Shown in pieces: positions 1 through 12,231 of a stretch of DNA of 64,000 nucleotides. Every line of letters begins with the position of its first letter. Position 1 is the stretch's first letter. The translations under genes and the position numbers were made by a program. The stretch lies in the NCBI GenBank assembly GCA_963810095.1, contig CAWEMM010000007.1, positions 320,001 through 384,000 of the forward strand, in the 5' to 3' direction. This DNA comes from an uncultured Chloroflexia bacterium (lineage in GTDB: Bacteria; Chloroflexota; Anaerolineae; CG2-30-64-16). The notes under the pieces were generated by a model that was not told where the DNA came from, did no database searches, and saw nothing but the letters and a program-made list of their open reading frames with translations.

Positions 1-440
1 CCGGGATGGGTCCCGAAGCGCGCCCTGACCTGGCCGAGCGTTACCCGCTCATTCTCACCTGTGCGAAGCACGCGCTCTTCTGCGAGACACAGCACCGGAG
101 CCTGCCCAGCCTGCGCAAGCAAGCGCTTGAGCCAGAGGTCGAGCTGCACCCCGAGGCGGCGGCCGCCCGGGGGATCAAGCCGGGTGACTGGGTGCGGATC
201 GAGACGCCTGAAGGCAGCGTGCGGGCGCGCGCCCGGCTCAACCCCACGCTCCAGCCGGGCGTGGTGTGCGGACAGCACGGTTGGTGGCAGGCGTGCCGCG
301 AGCTGGGGGCGCCCGGATACGACCCGTTCACCCGCGACGGCGCCAACTTCAACCTGCTGATCGGCAACGCGGCGATCGATCCGATCAGCGGTTCAGTGCC
401 CCACCGCGCCTATCTCTGCCAGGTGCGCCCGGCCGAGTGA
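1..440 (+). CDS. C-terminal molybdopterin dinucleotide-binding domain of a molybdopterin oxidoreductase (partial, begins before window)
   Basis: YPLILT...HRSLPSLR...EPEVELHPEAAAARGIKPGDWVRIETPEG...VCGQHGWW...ANFNLL...DPISGS; stop at 438-440. Confidence 0.88.
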   Translation, partial: GMGPEARPDLAERYPLILTCAKHALFCETQHRSLPSLRKQALEPEVELHPEAAAARGIKPGDWVRIETPEGSVRARARLNPTLQPGVVCGQHGWWQACRELGAPGYDPFTRDGANFNLLIGNAAIDPISGSVPHRAYLCQVRPAE

Positions 441-450
441 GGACGGAATA

Positions 451-500
451 CACAAAGGCGCAAAGACACAACCTCTGAGCGATGTGTCTTTGCGCCTTCC
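451..500. repeat. Family A palindromic element; likely bidirectional terminator between convergent genes
   Basis: Perfect 16-bp inverted repeat aaggcgcaaagacaca (455-470) / tgtgtctttgcgcctt (483-498). Confidence 0.75.
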
Positions 501-510
501 TGGCGCCGCA

Positions 511-1495
511 TTACGGTTGGTGCGCCGCGTCGACCGCCGCCTTCAGGTTGTCCCAGGATGTTTCCGCGGGCACCGTGCAGTCGGCGGCCAGGATGAAGTG
601 CTCGGGCGCCTGCGCCAGCACCTCGCGGGCTGCGGCCGCCGCAGCTTGCGGGGTTCCCGTTGCCAGCACGCCCTTGCGCTCGAGCCCGCCCATGAAGGGC
701 CGGCGGAACAGGGCAGCCGCTTCTTTCGGCGTCATCGCCCGGTCGCCTACGTGCAGCGAGCAGTTGACCACGTGGCCCGGATAGTCGAGGAAGGGCGACA
801 GATCGTCGTAGCTGCCTTCGAAGTCGCAGACGTGCAGGATGTTGAAGCGGCAGTCCGCCAGCTCGTTCCACACGGCCAAATCGGTGGGCTTGATCAGCCG
901 CTCGAAGATGTCGCGGCCGCCGTCGCGGCTTCCAGCAAAGCGGCTCGTTCCGCGAAAGCGGAACCCCTCCCCGCCCTGCGTCGACGCGTAGAAGCCATCC
1001 ACGCCCGCCTTCCTGCAGGCCCTGACGAGCGTCAGCACGTTGTCGGTGCTGATCTCCAGCCCCTTCAGCCGCCTGGGCCGGGTGTTCCCGCAGGTGTTCC
1101 TGGAGCAGCTCGTCGCCGGCCAGGTGCCGCGCCCACATGAAGGGCGAATAGAGCGTCAGAACCACCACGGCCTCTTGGCCGGCCGCCTCAACCAACCCGC
1201 GAACCACCTCGACCGTCGGCGCGAAGTCTTCTTCTTTCATCCGCCTCGCATGGGCCCAGTCGGCCGGGCTTGTGATCGGGAACTCGGCCATACCCTGCTC
1301 GTACTGGATCTTCACGAAGTCCATGCCGGTGTGCCGGAAGAATTGGAGATGCCGGTCGATTGCGGCCCGCCCCGCCTGGTACTGCGGGCCGAAGTGCAGG
1401 AAGAACGCGGCCGGGGTGTATCCTTCGGGTGTGTCCGCTGCCGGCGCCTCGCCCGCAGCCAGTCGCAGCATCATCTCGCGCTTGTTCACTGTCAT
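511..1495 (-). CDS. Uroporphyrinogen decarboxylase (URO-D/methyltransferase) family protein; one frameshift near 1065
   Basis: N-part TPAAFFLHF...TGMDFVKIQ...TLYSPF in one frame; C-part GVDGFYASTQGGE...FNILHVCD...FMGGLER...FILAADCTVP in another; RBS gaaaggag upstream of ATG 1495. Confidence 0.8.
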
Positions 1496-1528
1496 CGCTC
1501 CTTTCCACATGCTGCCTGCATTATATAA

Positions 1529-3799
<2,271 letters not shown>

Positions 3800-3819
3800 T
3801 GAAAGGACTCATTTCCAGC

Positions 3820-5166
3820 ATGACCGAACCAACCCAGACCGCGCAACGGAACATGGTGCCCATCCAGTGCCCGAATTGCGGCAACCGCTTCGAGTCGCCC
3901 GTGATCTCGCTGATCGACGTGGGCGCTTACCCCGAGTTGCGCAGCTATTTCCTTTCGGGGCAGCTCAACGTGGCTGTCTGCCCGAAATGCCAGGCGCCGG
4001 TCATGCTCGAGGTGCCGCTGGTCTACCACGACCCGCGGGCCGAATTCCTGGCGATCTACTTCCCCCAGCAGCTGAACATCCCCGAACTCGAGAAGCAGAA
4101 GATGATTGGGGAGGTGACGCAGTCCCTCATGCGCAACCTGCCGCCCGAGCAGCGCAAGGGCTACTTCCTGAACCCGCGCCAGTTCGTCAGCCGCCAGAGC
4201 CTGGCCGACGCGATCTACGGCACGATGGGCATCAGCCAGGAAGAGCTCGACCGCCAGCGCAAGAAGGCGAAGCTGGTCGAGCAGCTTCAGGTTTTCGCCG
4301 ACGATCCCAAGGGCCTGCAGATGATGGTCAAGAACTCGGACAAGGACATCGACGGGGAGTTCTTCGCCATCCTGGCCTCCATGCTCGAGCAGGCCGGCGC
4401 AACCGGGGACGAGAAGAGCAGTGCGCGGCTCGAGATGCTGCGCGACAACCTGATGCCTATCACCAGTTGGGGCAAGAAGGCGCAGAAGCAGCGTGCGGCA
4501 GTGGATTCGCTCAAGGATGTGAAGACGCCCGAGGAATTCGTCGACCGCATCGTCGTCGCGGATGATGACGAGGTCGGTGCCATCGTGCTGGCCGCCCGGC
4601 CGGCCTTCGACTATAGATTCTTCGAGCTGCTCACGCAGCGGGTGGATGACGCCAAGGGTCCGGAGAAGGATCGTCTGGCGAAGCTGCGCGACCGCTTGCT
4701 CGAACTGACCAAGCAACTTGACGACGCGGCCCGCGAGAGCGTGGAGGCCAGCGTCAAGCTACTGCAGGAGATCATCAACTCGGAAAGCCCGCGCAGTGCT
4801 GTGCTCGAACACGCGGACCAGATCGACGACATGTTCATGAGCGTGCTGACCCGGAACATGCAGGCCGCGGAGCAGAAGGGCGACCAGTCCTTGCTTCAGC
4901 GCCTAGCGATGGTCTACGAAGAGATCATGAACCTGATGCAGGCCGGCGCGCCGCCCGAGGTGCAATTCATCAACGAGCTTGTGATGGCGCCATATCCGGA
5001 CGGCACCCGCGAGCTGCTGCAGGAGAACCGCGAGATCGTGACCCCCGAGCTGGTCGACCTGATTGCGCAGATGGCGGATCAAATGGCCGAGGACGAGGGC
5101 GACGAGGCGGCCGAGATGGTCAAGCGGCTCCGCGACATTCGGGCGCAGGCCCAGCTGATGATCTAA
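3820..5166 (+). CDS. CpXC domain-containing protein (N-terminal zinc ribbon, long helical C-terminus)
   Basis: IQCPNCG...FLSGQLNVAVCPKCQ...PLVYHDP motif typical of the CpXC domain; intact 448 aa ORF. Confidence 0.8.
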   Translation: MTEPTQTAQRNMVPIQCPNCGNRFESPVISLIDVGAYPELRSYFLSGQLNVAVCPKCQAPVMLEVPLVYHDPRAEFLAIYFPQQLNIPELEKQKMIGEVTQSLMRNLPPEQRKGYFLNPRQFVSRQSLADAIYGTMGISQEELDRQRKKAKLVEQLQVFADDPKGLQMMVKNSDKDIDGEFFAILASMLEQAGATGDEKSSARLEMLRDNLMPITSWGKKAQKQRAAVDSLKDVKTPEEFVDRIVVADDDEVGAIVLAARPAFDYRFFELLTQRVDDAKGPEKDRLAKLRDRLLELTKQLDDAARESVEASVKLLQEIINSESPRSAVLEHADQIDDMFMSVLTRNMQAAEQKGDQSLLQRLAMVYEEIMNLMQAGAPPEVQFINELVMAPYPDGTRELLQENREIVTPELVDLIAQMADQMAEDEGDEAAEMVKRLRDIRAQAQLMI

Positions 5167-5176
5167 ACGGATCTGA

Positions 5177-5210
5177 AATGGGACACTGATGCAACTGATA
5201 GAACTGATAC
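5177..5210. repeat. Family B repeat, half element (GGACACTGAT with 9-nt period)
   Basis: aatgggacactgatgcaactgatagaactgat; matches the left arms at 7725 and 47623. Confidence 0.65.
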
Positions 5211-5256
5211 CTTCGACTTGTGCCGAGGCTCGCATGCCGGTCTCGGTCCACGAAGG

Positions 5257-5755
5257 ATGAACACAACCGAACGGGTTGGGCCCGAGTTGGCCCGGCAAAC
5301 CGTCGCGTTGCTCCGCGAGGCCGGCGTGCAATTGGCTATTGCCGAGTCGGGCACGGGCGGCGCAGTCGCCGGGCTGTTGCGCGACGCGGGCGCGGAGACG
5401 GTGCTGACGCGCGAGCGGATCGAACCGTCGGCCGAGGCGCTCGCGCTGACCTTGCGCGTGTCGCCCGCCAAGGTGCACGCCTTCGGCGCGATCAGTGCAA
5501 TGGTGGCGGCGGAAGCGGCTGCCGACCTGATCGACACGTATGAGGGCGGCTGGGGCCTGGTGGTGATGGTGCCGCCGGGGAACGCAGCGACCGGGCCCGG
5601 CGTCTCAGCAGAGGACCCGCACCACGGTCCGGGTTTCATCGCGCTCGGCACGCCCAGCATGACGATCATCCAGCAGTGCCGGCCCGGCGAGATCCTGCGC
5701 CGCAACTGTGGGGCTGCTGCACGAACAGGCCGTGCGCAAGCTGGCAAAGGCTTAG
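5257..5755 (+). CDS. Divergent CinA C-terminal/PncC (NMN deamidase)-like protein; frameshift near 5700
   Basis: LAIAESGTGG (cf. AESCTGG), VSPAKVHAFGAISAMVAAEAA (cf. GAVSEEVA), FIAL; corrected end ATVGLLHEQAVRKLAKA*. Confidence 0.65.
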
Positions 5756-5958
5756 CGATCTATCCGGGAATCAGCTGGGGCTGGTCTCTGACCGTGCCCC
5801 GTCTGGCCCGGGCGCCAGCCAAGCTGGCGTACGAGACCGGCCAGAGCGTCTTTCGGATAGATTCTTGGTTGCCAGGACGCCACGACCTGAGGGTTCACCC
5901 GGCACGTTAGGCTTTGCGGCGCTTCGCGCCATTGGTTCTTCCTGTGAAGGAGCCAGTC

Positions 5959-6460
5959 ATGTCAGAGATTCCCTTCCAGCTCAAGCTGATCCAGATCGAG
6001 AACCCCGACGATCTCAACTTCATCCTGGGGCAGAGCCACTTTATTAAGACAGTTGAGGACCTGCACGAGGCGGTGGTAGGGGCCATCCCTGGCGCGAAGT
6101 TTGGGCTGGCCTTTTGCGAGTCGTCGGGTGCGGCCCTCGTGCGCTCCACGGGCACCGACGAGGCGCTCAAGGAGCTGGCCGAGCGGAACGCGCTGGCCCT
6201 GGGCGCCGGGCACTGCTTCATCCTCTTCCTCCGCGATGCGTTCCCGATCAACATCCTTAACACGATCCAGGCTGTGCCCGAAGTCGCCGGCAGTCTACTG
6301 TGCGACCGCCAACCCGGTCCAGGTGATCCTGGCCGAGAGCGAGCAAGGCCGCGGCATCCTGGGTGTGATCGACGGCATCCACACAAAGGGCATCGAAGAC
6401 GCGGAAGGCGTCGCGTGGCGGAAGAGTTTCCTGCGAAAAATCGGATACAAGGTAGGCTAA
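5959..6460 (+). CDS. DUF355 adenosine-specific kinase family protein; frameshift near 6290
   Basis: NFILGQSHFIKTVEDLHEA, FGLAFCESSG, GAGHCF, FPINILN, YCATANPVQVI, GRGILGVIDG, RKIGYK; RBS aaggag. Confidence 0.9.
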
Positions 6461-6471
6461 AAACACAGTCC

Positions 6472-7725
6472 ATGACACCAACCCCGTCTCGAAACCGGCA
6501 GCCTGGCCGCTCGATCCAGCGCGGCCTGGCACTCGCTGCTTCTGCTGATCATCGTGCTGGCCCTGACCGCCTGCCAGGCCGTGCCCGTCGCCTACCGGCC
6601 CGGCCGCGGCAACCTCCGAGCAAGCGGCCGTGACCGCCCAGCCTGCGACAGCGGTCGTGGCTGCTTCAACCTCGACGACGGCCGCCCCGCCCACCGCGGC
6701 TCCCACCGAGCCGCCGACTGCGACGCCCGAGCCGCCGACGCCCACGCTCGAACCGACGAGCAGCGAGCCGACCCTGACGCCCACCCCCGCGCCCGACGAA
6801 GGCGCCGCGGTCGCTTAAGGAAACGGACAACTACCTCGTGCTCGGTATGGATGCACGGCCGGGCGACAAGGCCTGGCGCACCGACACGATCATGATCGTC
6901 GCGGTCGACAACGAGGCCAACCAGGTCGGCATCTTCTCGATCCCGCGCGACCTGTGGGTCGACATCCCGACCATGGGCCCCGGGCGCATCAACCAGGCCG
7001 ACTATCACGGCGAGGCGAACAAGTACCCCGGCGGCGGCCCCGCGCTGGTGGGCAAGATCGTCGAGGACATTTTCGGCGTGCCGACCCAGCACTGGGTGCG
7101 GATCAAGCAAGAGGGGCTGGTGGAGATGGTCGACGCGTTGGGCGGGGTGGACATCACCCTGGATTGCGCGCTGCACGAGATCACGCCCGACCCGAAGGAT
7201 CCCAACAAGTTCGCGAAGTTCGACCTCCCAGCGGGCAAGAATCACCTGGACGGCCCGACTGCCAAGAAGTTCGCGACCTACCGCTACAACTCAAACGACT
7301 TCTACCGTGGGCAGCGCCAGCAGCAGCTCATTTGGGCCATCAAGGAGCGCGCGCTGCAGGTGGACGCCATCACCAAGCTGCCGCAGCTTTGGACCGCGTT
7401 GCAGCACACCTTCCAGACGGACCTGGGGATCCTGGACGTGATCCGCCTGGCGCGCCTGGGCGCCAACCTCAAGCCGGAGCAGATCCACGGGCTGACGTTC
7501 AGCACGCAGGCGATCGTCTATGCGACCGTAGGTGCGGCGCAGGTGCTCAAGATCGGGGACAAGGCGCTGTTGATGAAGGAACTCGGCACGCTGTGGAACC
7601 AGAAGTCCATCGCGGAGCAGGGCAAGATCGGCTCGAACGCGACCTGCGCGACGCCAACCCCGCCGCCGACTGCGACCATCACGCCGCTGGCAACGCTCGA
7701 GGTTGTCTCCACGCCGACACCGTGA
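6472..7725 (+). CDS. LCP (LytR-CpsA-Psr) family lipoprotein with Pro/Thr-rich linker; several frameshifts at 6540-6820
   Basis: Lipobox LTAC; NYLVLGMD...RTDTIMIV...SIPRDLWV...RINQA...MVDALGGV...DFYRGQRQQ. Confidence 0.9.
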
Positions 7726-7805
7726 ATGGGACGCTGATTTGACTGATCGAACTGATTTGACTGATCGCTAATGATCATCCTAATCAGTTCGATCGGTGTC
7801 CTGTT
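7725..7805. repeat. Family B palindromic element between convergent genes
   Basis: aatgggacgctgatttga-ctgatcgaa-ctgatttga-ctgatcg ... atcagttcgatcggtgtcctgtt; 9-nt periodic arm and complementary right arm. Confidence 0.7.
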
Positions 7806-8599
7806 TACCGTCTCGCCAGGAAGATCATGCGATCGCTGGCGCTGTCGTAGTCGCCCATCTCCCAGTCGCCGTAGACCGCCTCGACCTCGAATCCCGCCTT
7901 TTCGAGCAGCAGCTCGGCCTCAAACCGCCACAGGTAGCGCAACTCGAACGACGCCACCGAGCGGCGTACCGTCCCGTCCACGTCCATCTCGTCATAGATG
8001 TGGGTCACCTGCATCCGCTGCTCCGCGGGATCGAGCGTGCGGGCCAGGAACTTCATCACTTGCCGTCCCGTCGAGGGATCGGTCCACGTCCTGTCCCACT
8101 CCAGCCGGCCGTTCAGCGATGCCAGCTCGGCCACGTCCGGGCTGAATATGTCGATCAACAGGAGACCACCCGGCGCAAGGGCCTCGTGCCACGCCTCGAG
8201 CGCCGCAAGCTGCGTTTCTTGGTCCGCGAGGTGCAGGAACGTATTCATCAGCGCAAACGCCAATCGATAGCGGCCGGCGGGCAGCGACTCCGTGAAGTCG
8301 CCTTCGATGAGCCGCACCCGCCGCTCCGCGCCCCGCACGGCCGCGACCTTTACGCGCGCCAGCGCCAGCATCGCGGGGCTGCTGTCGATCCCGTCGATCT
8401 GGAACCCAGCCTGCGCCAGCGGCGCCAGCGCGCGCCCGGTGCCGCAGCCGAGCTCGAGCAGGGGACCGCGCGCCTCCTGTGCCAGCGCATGGAGCATGGG
8501 CAGGTCGTCCGCATATTCCGCGTACTCCCCGTCAAAGAACCGCGCTATGCGATCCATCTCGGCCGGCAGCTCGCTCATCGTCCTCTCCTCGGGTTGCAT
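7805..8599 (-). CDS. Class I SAM-dependent methyltransferase
   Basis: LLELGCGTGR, GIDSSPAML, LAPGGLLLID, LLEKAGFEVEAVYGD. Confidence 0.92.
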   Translation of the reverse strand: MQPEERTMSELPAEMDRIARFFDGEYAEYADDLPMLHALAQEARGPLLELGCGTGRALAPLAQAGFQIDGIDSSPAMLALARVKVAAVRGAERRVRLIEGDFTESLPAGRYRLAFALMNTFLHLADQETQLAALEAWHEALAPGGLLLIDIFSPDVAELASLNGRLEWDRTWTDPSTGRQVMKFLARTLDPAEQRMQVTHIYDEMDVDGTVRRSVASFELRYLWRFEAELLLEKAGFEVEAVYGDWEMGDYDSASDRMIFLARR

Positions 8600-8616
8600 C
8601 GGTGTCCCATTCCTTG

Positions 8617-10600
8617 TTAGTCCAGGTCAAACGCCAGTAAGGGCACCGGCCCGCCCACGGGTTGCCCCTGCGCGTCTGTCGCTCCAGCGTCGACAAACCC
8701 GCCGTCTCGCGCCTGGTACAGCAGGAGACTGAGCACATAGTGACCCGGCGGCGCATCGGGCGGAATGGGGATCTCGTAATAGTCCTCGACGACTTGGTGG
8801 AGCGCCAGCTTCGAGAACGGCTGCATGCCCAGCACCGGTGCTCCCTGGTCGGCCTGCCACACCGTCGTCTCCCCATTCATCAGGCGGAGGGATACGGCAT
8901 AGTCCGGCGGTGGCGCCAGCACTTGCCAGGCCAGCGACATGGGCAGCACCTTGCCCCGGTCCAACTCGGGCGTGCCCAGCGGCCAGCTGTAGCCGAGGAG
9001 CCTGAGCGCACCGTCAAACCGGAAATTCAGGCCGGTCAGGCCCCCGGGAATCGTCTCGTCGGGTTGGCCCTTCAGCCAGGCAAGCGCGCCCGCGGAAGTG
9101 GGCTCGCTCCAGTCGCCTGCGCCGTTGACCGTGCGCGCGACCAGAAACGGTCGCCCTTCGGCCGCAGCCTGCTCCGAGTGCTGCTGCAGGCTGTTCTCCG
9201 ACTGGCTGAAGATCAGGCAGTCCGGGCAGATGCCGTCGACCTGCTGCGCGTACCACAGCGCCGTCGCCTGCTCCCAGTTCGCGGAAATCAACGCACGGGG
9301 TGGGGCGAGCGCGAGGCTGGCTGCCATCCGGTCGCCGCGGCCTCCAACCTTCAGATCCTGGCGGTACAGGTCCAGGGGCGTTTCCACCCGCTGCTGCGCG
9401 GTCTGCATGCGCCACTGCGCCGGCGCCCGCGCCAGGCCGGCCGCCAGCAGCACGGCCGCGGGCAGCAGCAGCAGCGCGGGCGGCCGCGCTCGTCGCGGCG
9501 CCGGTCCTCGCCTGCACCTCTGAGCCCTCTGCGTCCTCGGTGGCAAGCCGCCCGGACCGCCACTGCGCAGGCGCGATGGCCGTCCCGATCAGCACGACGA
9601 GGCAGACGTACGCAGGGATGTAGAAGACAAACTGGCGGGGCACCGCGTAGTTCTGGGTGAAGTACGCCTGGACGAGGAAACAAGCGAGGAGGAACAGCAG
9701 CCACGATCGGGCTCTGCCTCGCACCAGGGCGACGGCCGCGGCGAAGACGCCGAGCGCGAGCACGAACCAACCGAAGTTGGCGGCCAGCGTCTCCAGGTAC
9801 GCGACGACGTTCTCCGCCTTCGGCAGCAGGCCCACCTGGCCCAGGTAGCCGGCATCCTGTACGAAGGCCGCGAACTCACGGACCGAGGTCACCGGCGGCT
9901 GGTACGGGGGCAGGCCGCGCTGCGATGCGAGCGGCACGTAGAGATACAGGAGCAAGGGTGCGAGCAGACCGGCCCCGGCGGCCAGCCAAAGGGTAGGGCG
10001 CTTGAGGTCGCGCCGTGCCCAGAACAGCGCGAAAGCGGCGACGACGGGTGCAAACGCCAGGAAGCTGCGGTGATGTGCGAGCGCCAGGCCGGCTGCCAGC
10101 CCCAGCCCGGCCCACGGCCCCGCCGATCCCGGGCGCCGGTAGAATCGCCAGGCGGCGGCAAGGAGCAGTGCGGTCAAGAAGGCGTTCAGCGCGTACTTGT
10201 CGGCCAGCACGGCCTGGCCCCACACGACCGGCGAAACGGCGAGCAGCACGGCAGCGGCACTCGCCGCCAGCCATGAGCCGGTCGAACTCCGGACGAGCGC
10301 CCACACGAGCGCGACGCCGCCCGCTGCGGCGAGCGCGCTGAGCAGGTTGGTGCGCCATGCGATGCTGCCGAAGGGCACGATCGTGGTCCACAGCTTATCG
10401 AGCAGGGTTTGCAGCGGGTAGCCGGTCGGGTGAGTCAGGCTCAGGATGTGGGGCACGAATTGCAACTCGGCCGCGTCGCCGCCGAGGACGCCCGGCGCCA
10501 GCGTCGCGGCGTACAGCGCAGCCGCAAGCGCAAAGACGAGCAGCGGCGGCAGGATGGCACCGGCGGAGATGCGGCCGGACCTCTCGGGCGGGTGGGCCAT
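8617..10600 (-). CDS. DUF2723 (TMEM260-like) GT-C membrane glycosyltransferase with extracellular C-terminal domain; frameshift near 9500-9560
   Basis: LAPGVLGGDAAELQ, HPTGYPL, AWRTNLLSA, VWGQAVLADKYAL, GLALAHH, YLYVPL; many TM segments; C-terminal LRLLGY...LAWQ...PPGHY. Confidence 0.85.
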
Positions 10601-10796
10601 GAGAGCGGACTCAGGTGGAATTGCGGGCACGCCTCCTTATACCCTTCGACCGGATGGGCTGTCAAGCAGGGCTGGCCCGCGCCCTGTGCCAGACCCGCGA
10701 GGCGCGGGATGACATATTGACTCGGACCGGCTTTCGACTCCCCGGTCTGGAATCCCCCTCGCTTGCCCCCGACCCGCTTCATGTTATGATTCGCAC

Positions 10797-11348
10797 ATGA
10801 CCCAAGAACCCATCATCCGCATCACCCGCAGCCCGAACCGCGCCAAGACCATCTCCGCCCGCCTCGTCGAGGGCGGCGCGGTCATCGAGGTGCTGGCCCC
10901 CTCCAGCGCCAGCGACGCGGAGTTGGCGCCCATTATCGAGCGGCTGAAAGGCCGCATTCTGCGCCGGCAGCAGAAGGCCGAAACCTCCGACGACGCCTCG
11001 CTCGCCCGCCGGGCTACCGAGCTTAACCGGGAATACTTCGAAGGCAAACTGCGCCCGACAGAGATTCGCTACGTGACGAATCAGCAGCGCCGGTACGGCT
11101 CTTGCACGCCCGCCACAGGGGTCATTCGCATCTCGCACCGGGTGGCGGCCATGCCGGCATGGGTGCGCGACTACGTGCTCGTCCACGAGTTGGCTCACCT
11201 GAAGGAACCGAATCACGGTCCCCGGTTCTGGAAGCTGGTGAACCGTTACCCCCGCACCGAGCGTGCGCGCGGCTACCTGATCGCGGTCGGCCTGGAGGGG
11301 GAGGCCGACGAGGGCGGTCCCGGCGCTGACGTGGAAGGCGAGGGGTGA
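10797..11348 (+). CDS. YgjP/DUF45 M48-like zinc metallohydrolase
   Basis: YGSCT...IRISH...DYVLVHELAHL..PNHGPRFWKLV (HEXXH). Confidence 0.9.
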   Translation: MTQEPIIRITRSPNRAKTISARLVEGGAVIEVLAPSSASDAELAPIIERLKGRILRRQQKAETSDDASLARRATELNREYFEGKLRPTEIRYVTNQQRRYGSCTPATGVIRISHRVAAMPAWVRDYVLVHELAHLKEPNHGPRFWKLVNRYPRTERARGYLIAVGLEGEADEGGPGADVEGEG

Positions 11349-11998
11349 TGGACATCCGGGCTTTCATTTTCGACGTCGACGGCGTGTTGACCGATTCGGT
11401 CGAGCTGCACTACCGTTCGTGGGTGCGGCTGGCAGAGGAGGAGCATCTGCCGTTCAGCCGCGAGGCAAACGAGCGCATGCGTGGGCTGACCCGGCCGGCT
11501 TCGCTGAAGGTGTTTCTCGGCGAGTGCGCAGTGACGGACGAGCAGGCGCGCGACTACCTCGAGCGCAAGAACGCGTACTTTCTGGAAGAGTTGGCGGATC
11601 TCACCGCGGCCGACCTGTTGCCCGGCGTGCTGCCGCTGCTGACCGAGCTCAAGGCGGCCGGGCTCAAGGTGGGTATTGGCTCGGCCAGCAAGAACGCCCG
11701 GGAGGTGGTGCGACGGCTGGGCATCGCCTCGTTCATCGACGCGTACGCCGACGGGCACGCGGTGGAGCGCAGCAAGCCCGCGCCCGACGTGTTTCTCGCC
11801 GCGGCCGGGATGCTGGGCGTATCGCCGGCGGCCTGTGTCGTCGTCGAAGACGCGGAGGCCGGGATTCAGGCCGCACACGCAGCGGGCATGCGGGTAATTG
11901 GCGTCGGCCCACAGGACCGCCTGCAGGCCGCCGACCTGGCGGTGGAAACCCTGGCCGGCCTGAGCCTGGGCCAGATCCTGGTCGCGCTCACGGCATGA
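11348..11998 (+). CDS. pgmB: Beta-phosphoglucomutase-like HAD hydrolase
   Basis: FDVDGVLTDS..HY.SW, RKNAYF, LLPG, GSASKNA, KPAPDVFL, VEDAEAGIQAA. Confidence 0.82.
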   Translation: MDIRAFIFDVDGVLTDSVELHYRSWVRLAEEEHLPFSREANERMRGLTRPASLKVFLGECAVTDEQARDYLERKNAYFLEELADLTAADLLPGVLPLLTELKAAGLKVGIGSASKNAREVVRRLGIASFIDAYADGHAVERSKPAPDVFLAAAGMLGVSPAACVVVEDAEAGIQAAHAAGMRVIGVGPQDRLQAADLAVETLAGLSLGQILVALTA

Positions 11999-12125
11999 GT
12001 TTGCGCCGAGCCGGCCAGGCCGGCGGGCGGGTGACCTGACAGCGCGCACGTGGCGCGCCTTGGTGGAACGCGTACATCTTTAGTGGTGCGCTTTCCCGCA
12101 TAATGGACCTGGAAACGGGAGGGCT

Positions 12126-12153
12126 TTGACACCCTCGCGGGGTCGGTTAGAAT
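12126..12153 (+). promoter_or_regulatory. Sigma70-type promoter for the DUF1385-mdh region
   Basis: TTGACA (12126-12131), 16-nt spacer, TAGAAT (12148-12153). Confidence 0.65.
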
Positions 12154-12231
12154 ACCGGGTATCGAGGTGCGCGTTCGTGCAGCGGGAAAACCGCCTGCCC
12201 GGCGTCGGCACCTGCAACGAGGGATGGCACA

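Noticed and set aside
6814-6820. Stop-codon readthrough or recoding in the LCP gene
   Set aside because: The conserved LKETDNYLVLG continues in a different frame, so this is an indel rather than readthrough.
7725-7805. CRISPR array (periodic ctgat repeats)
   Set aside because: The period is 9 nt with no unique spacers, and there are no cas genes.
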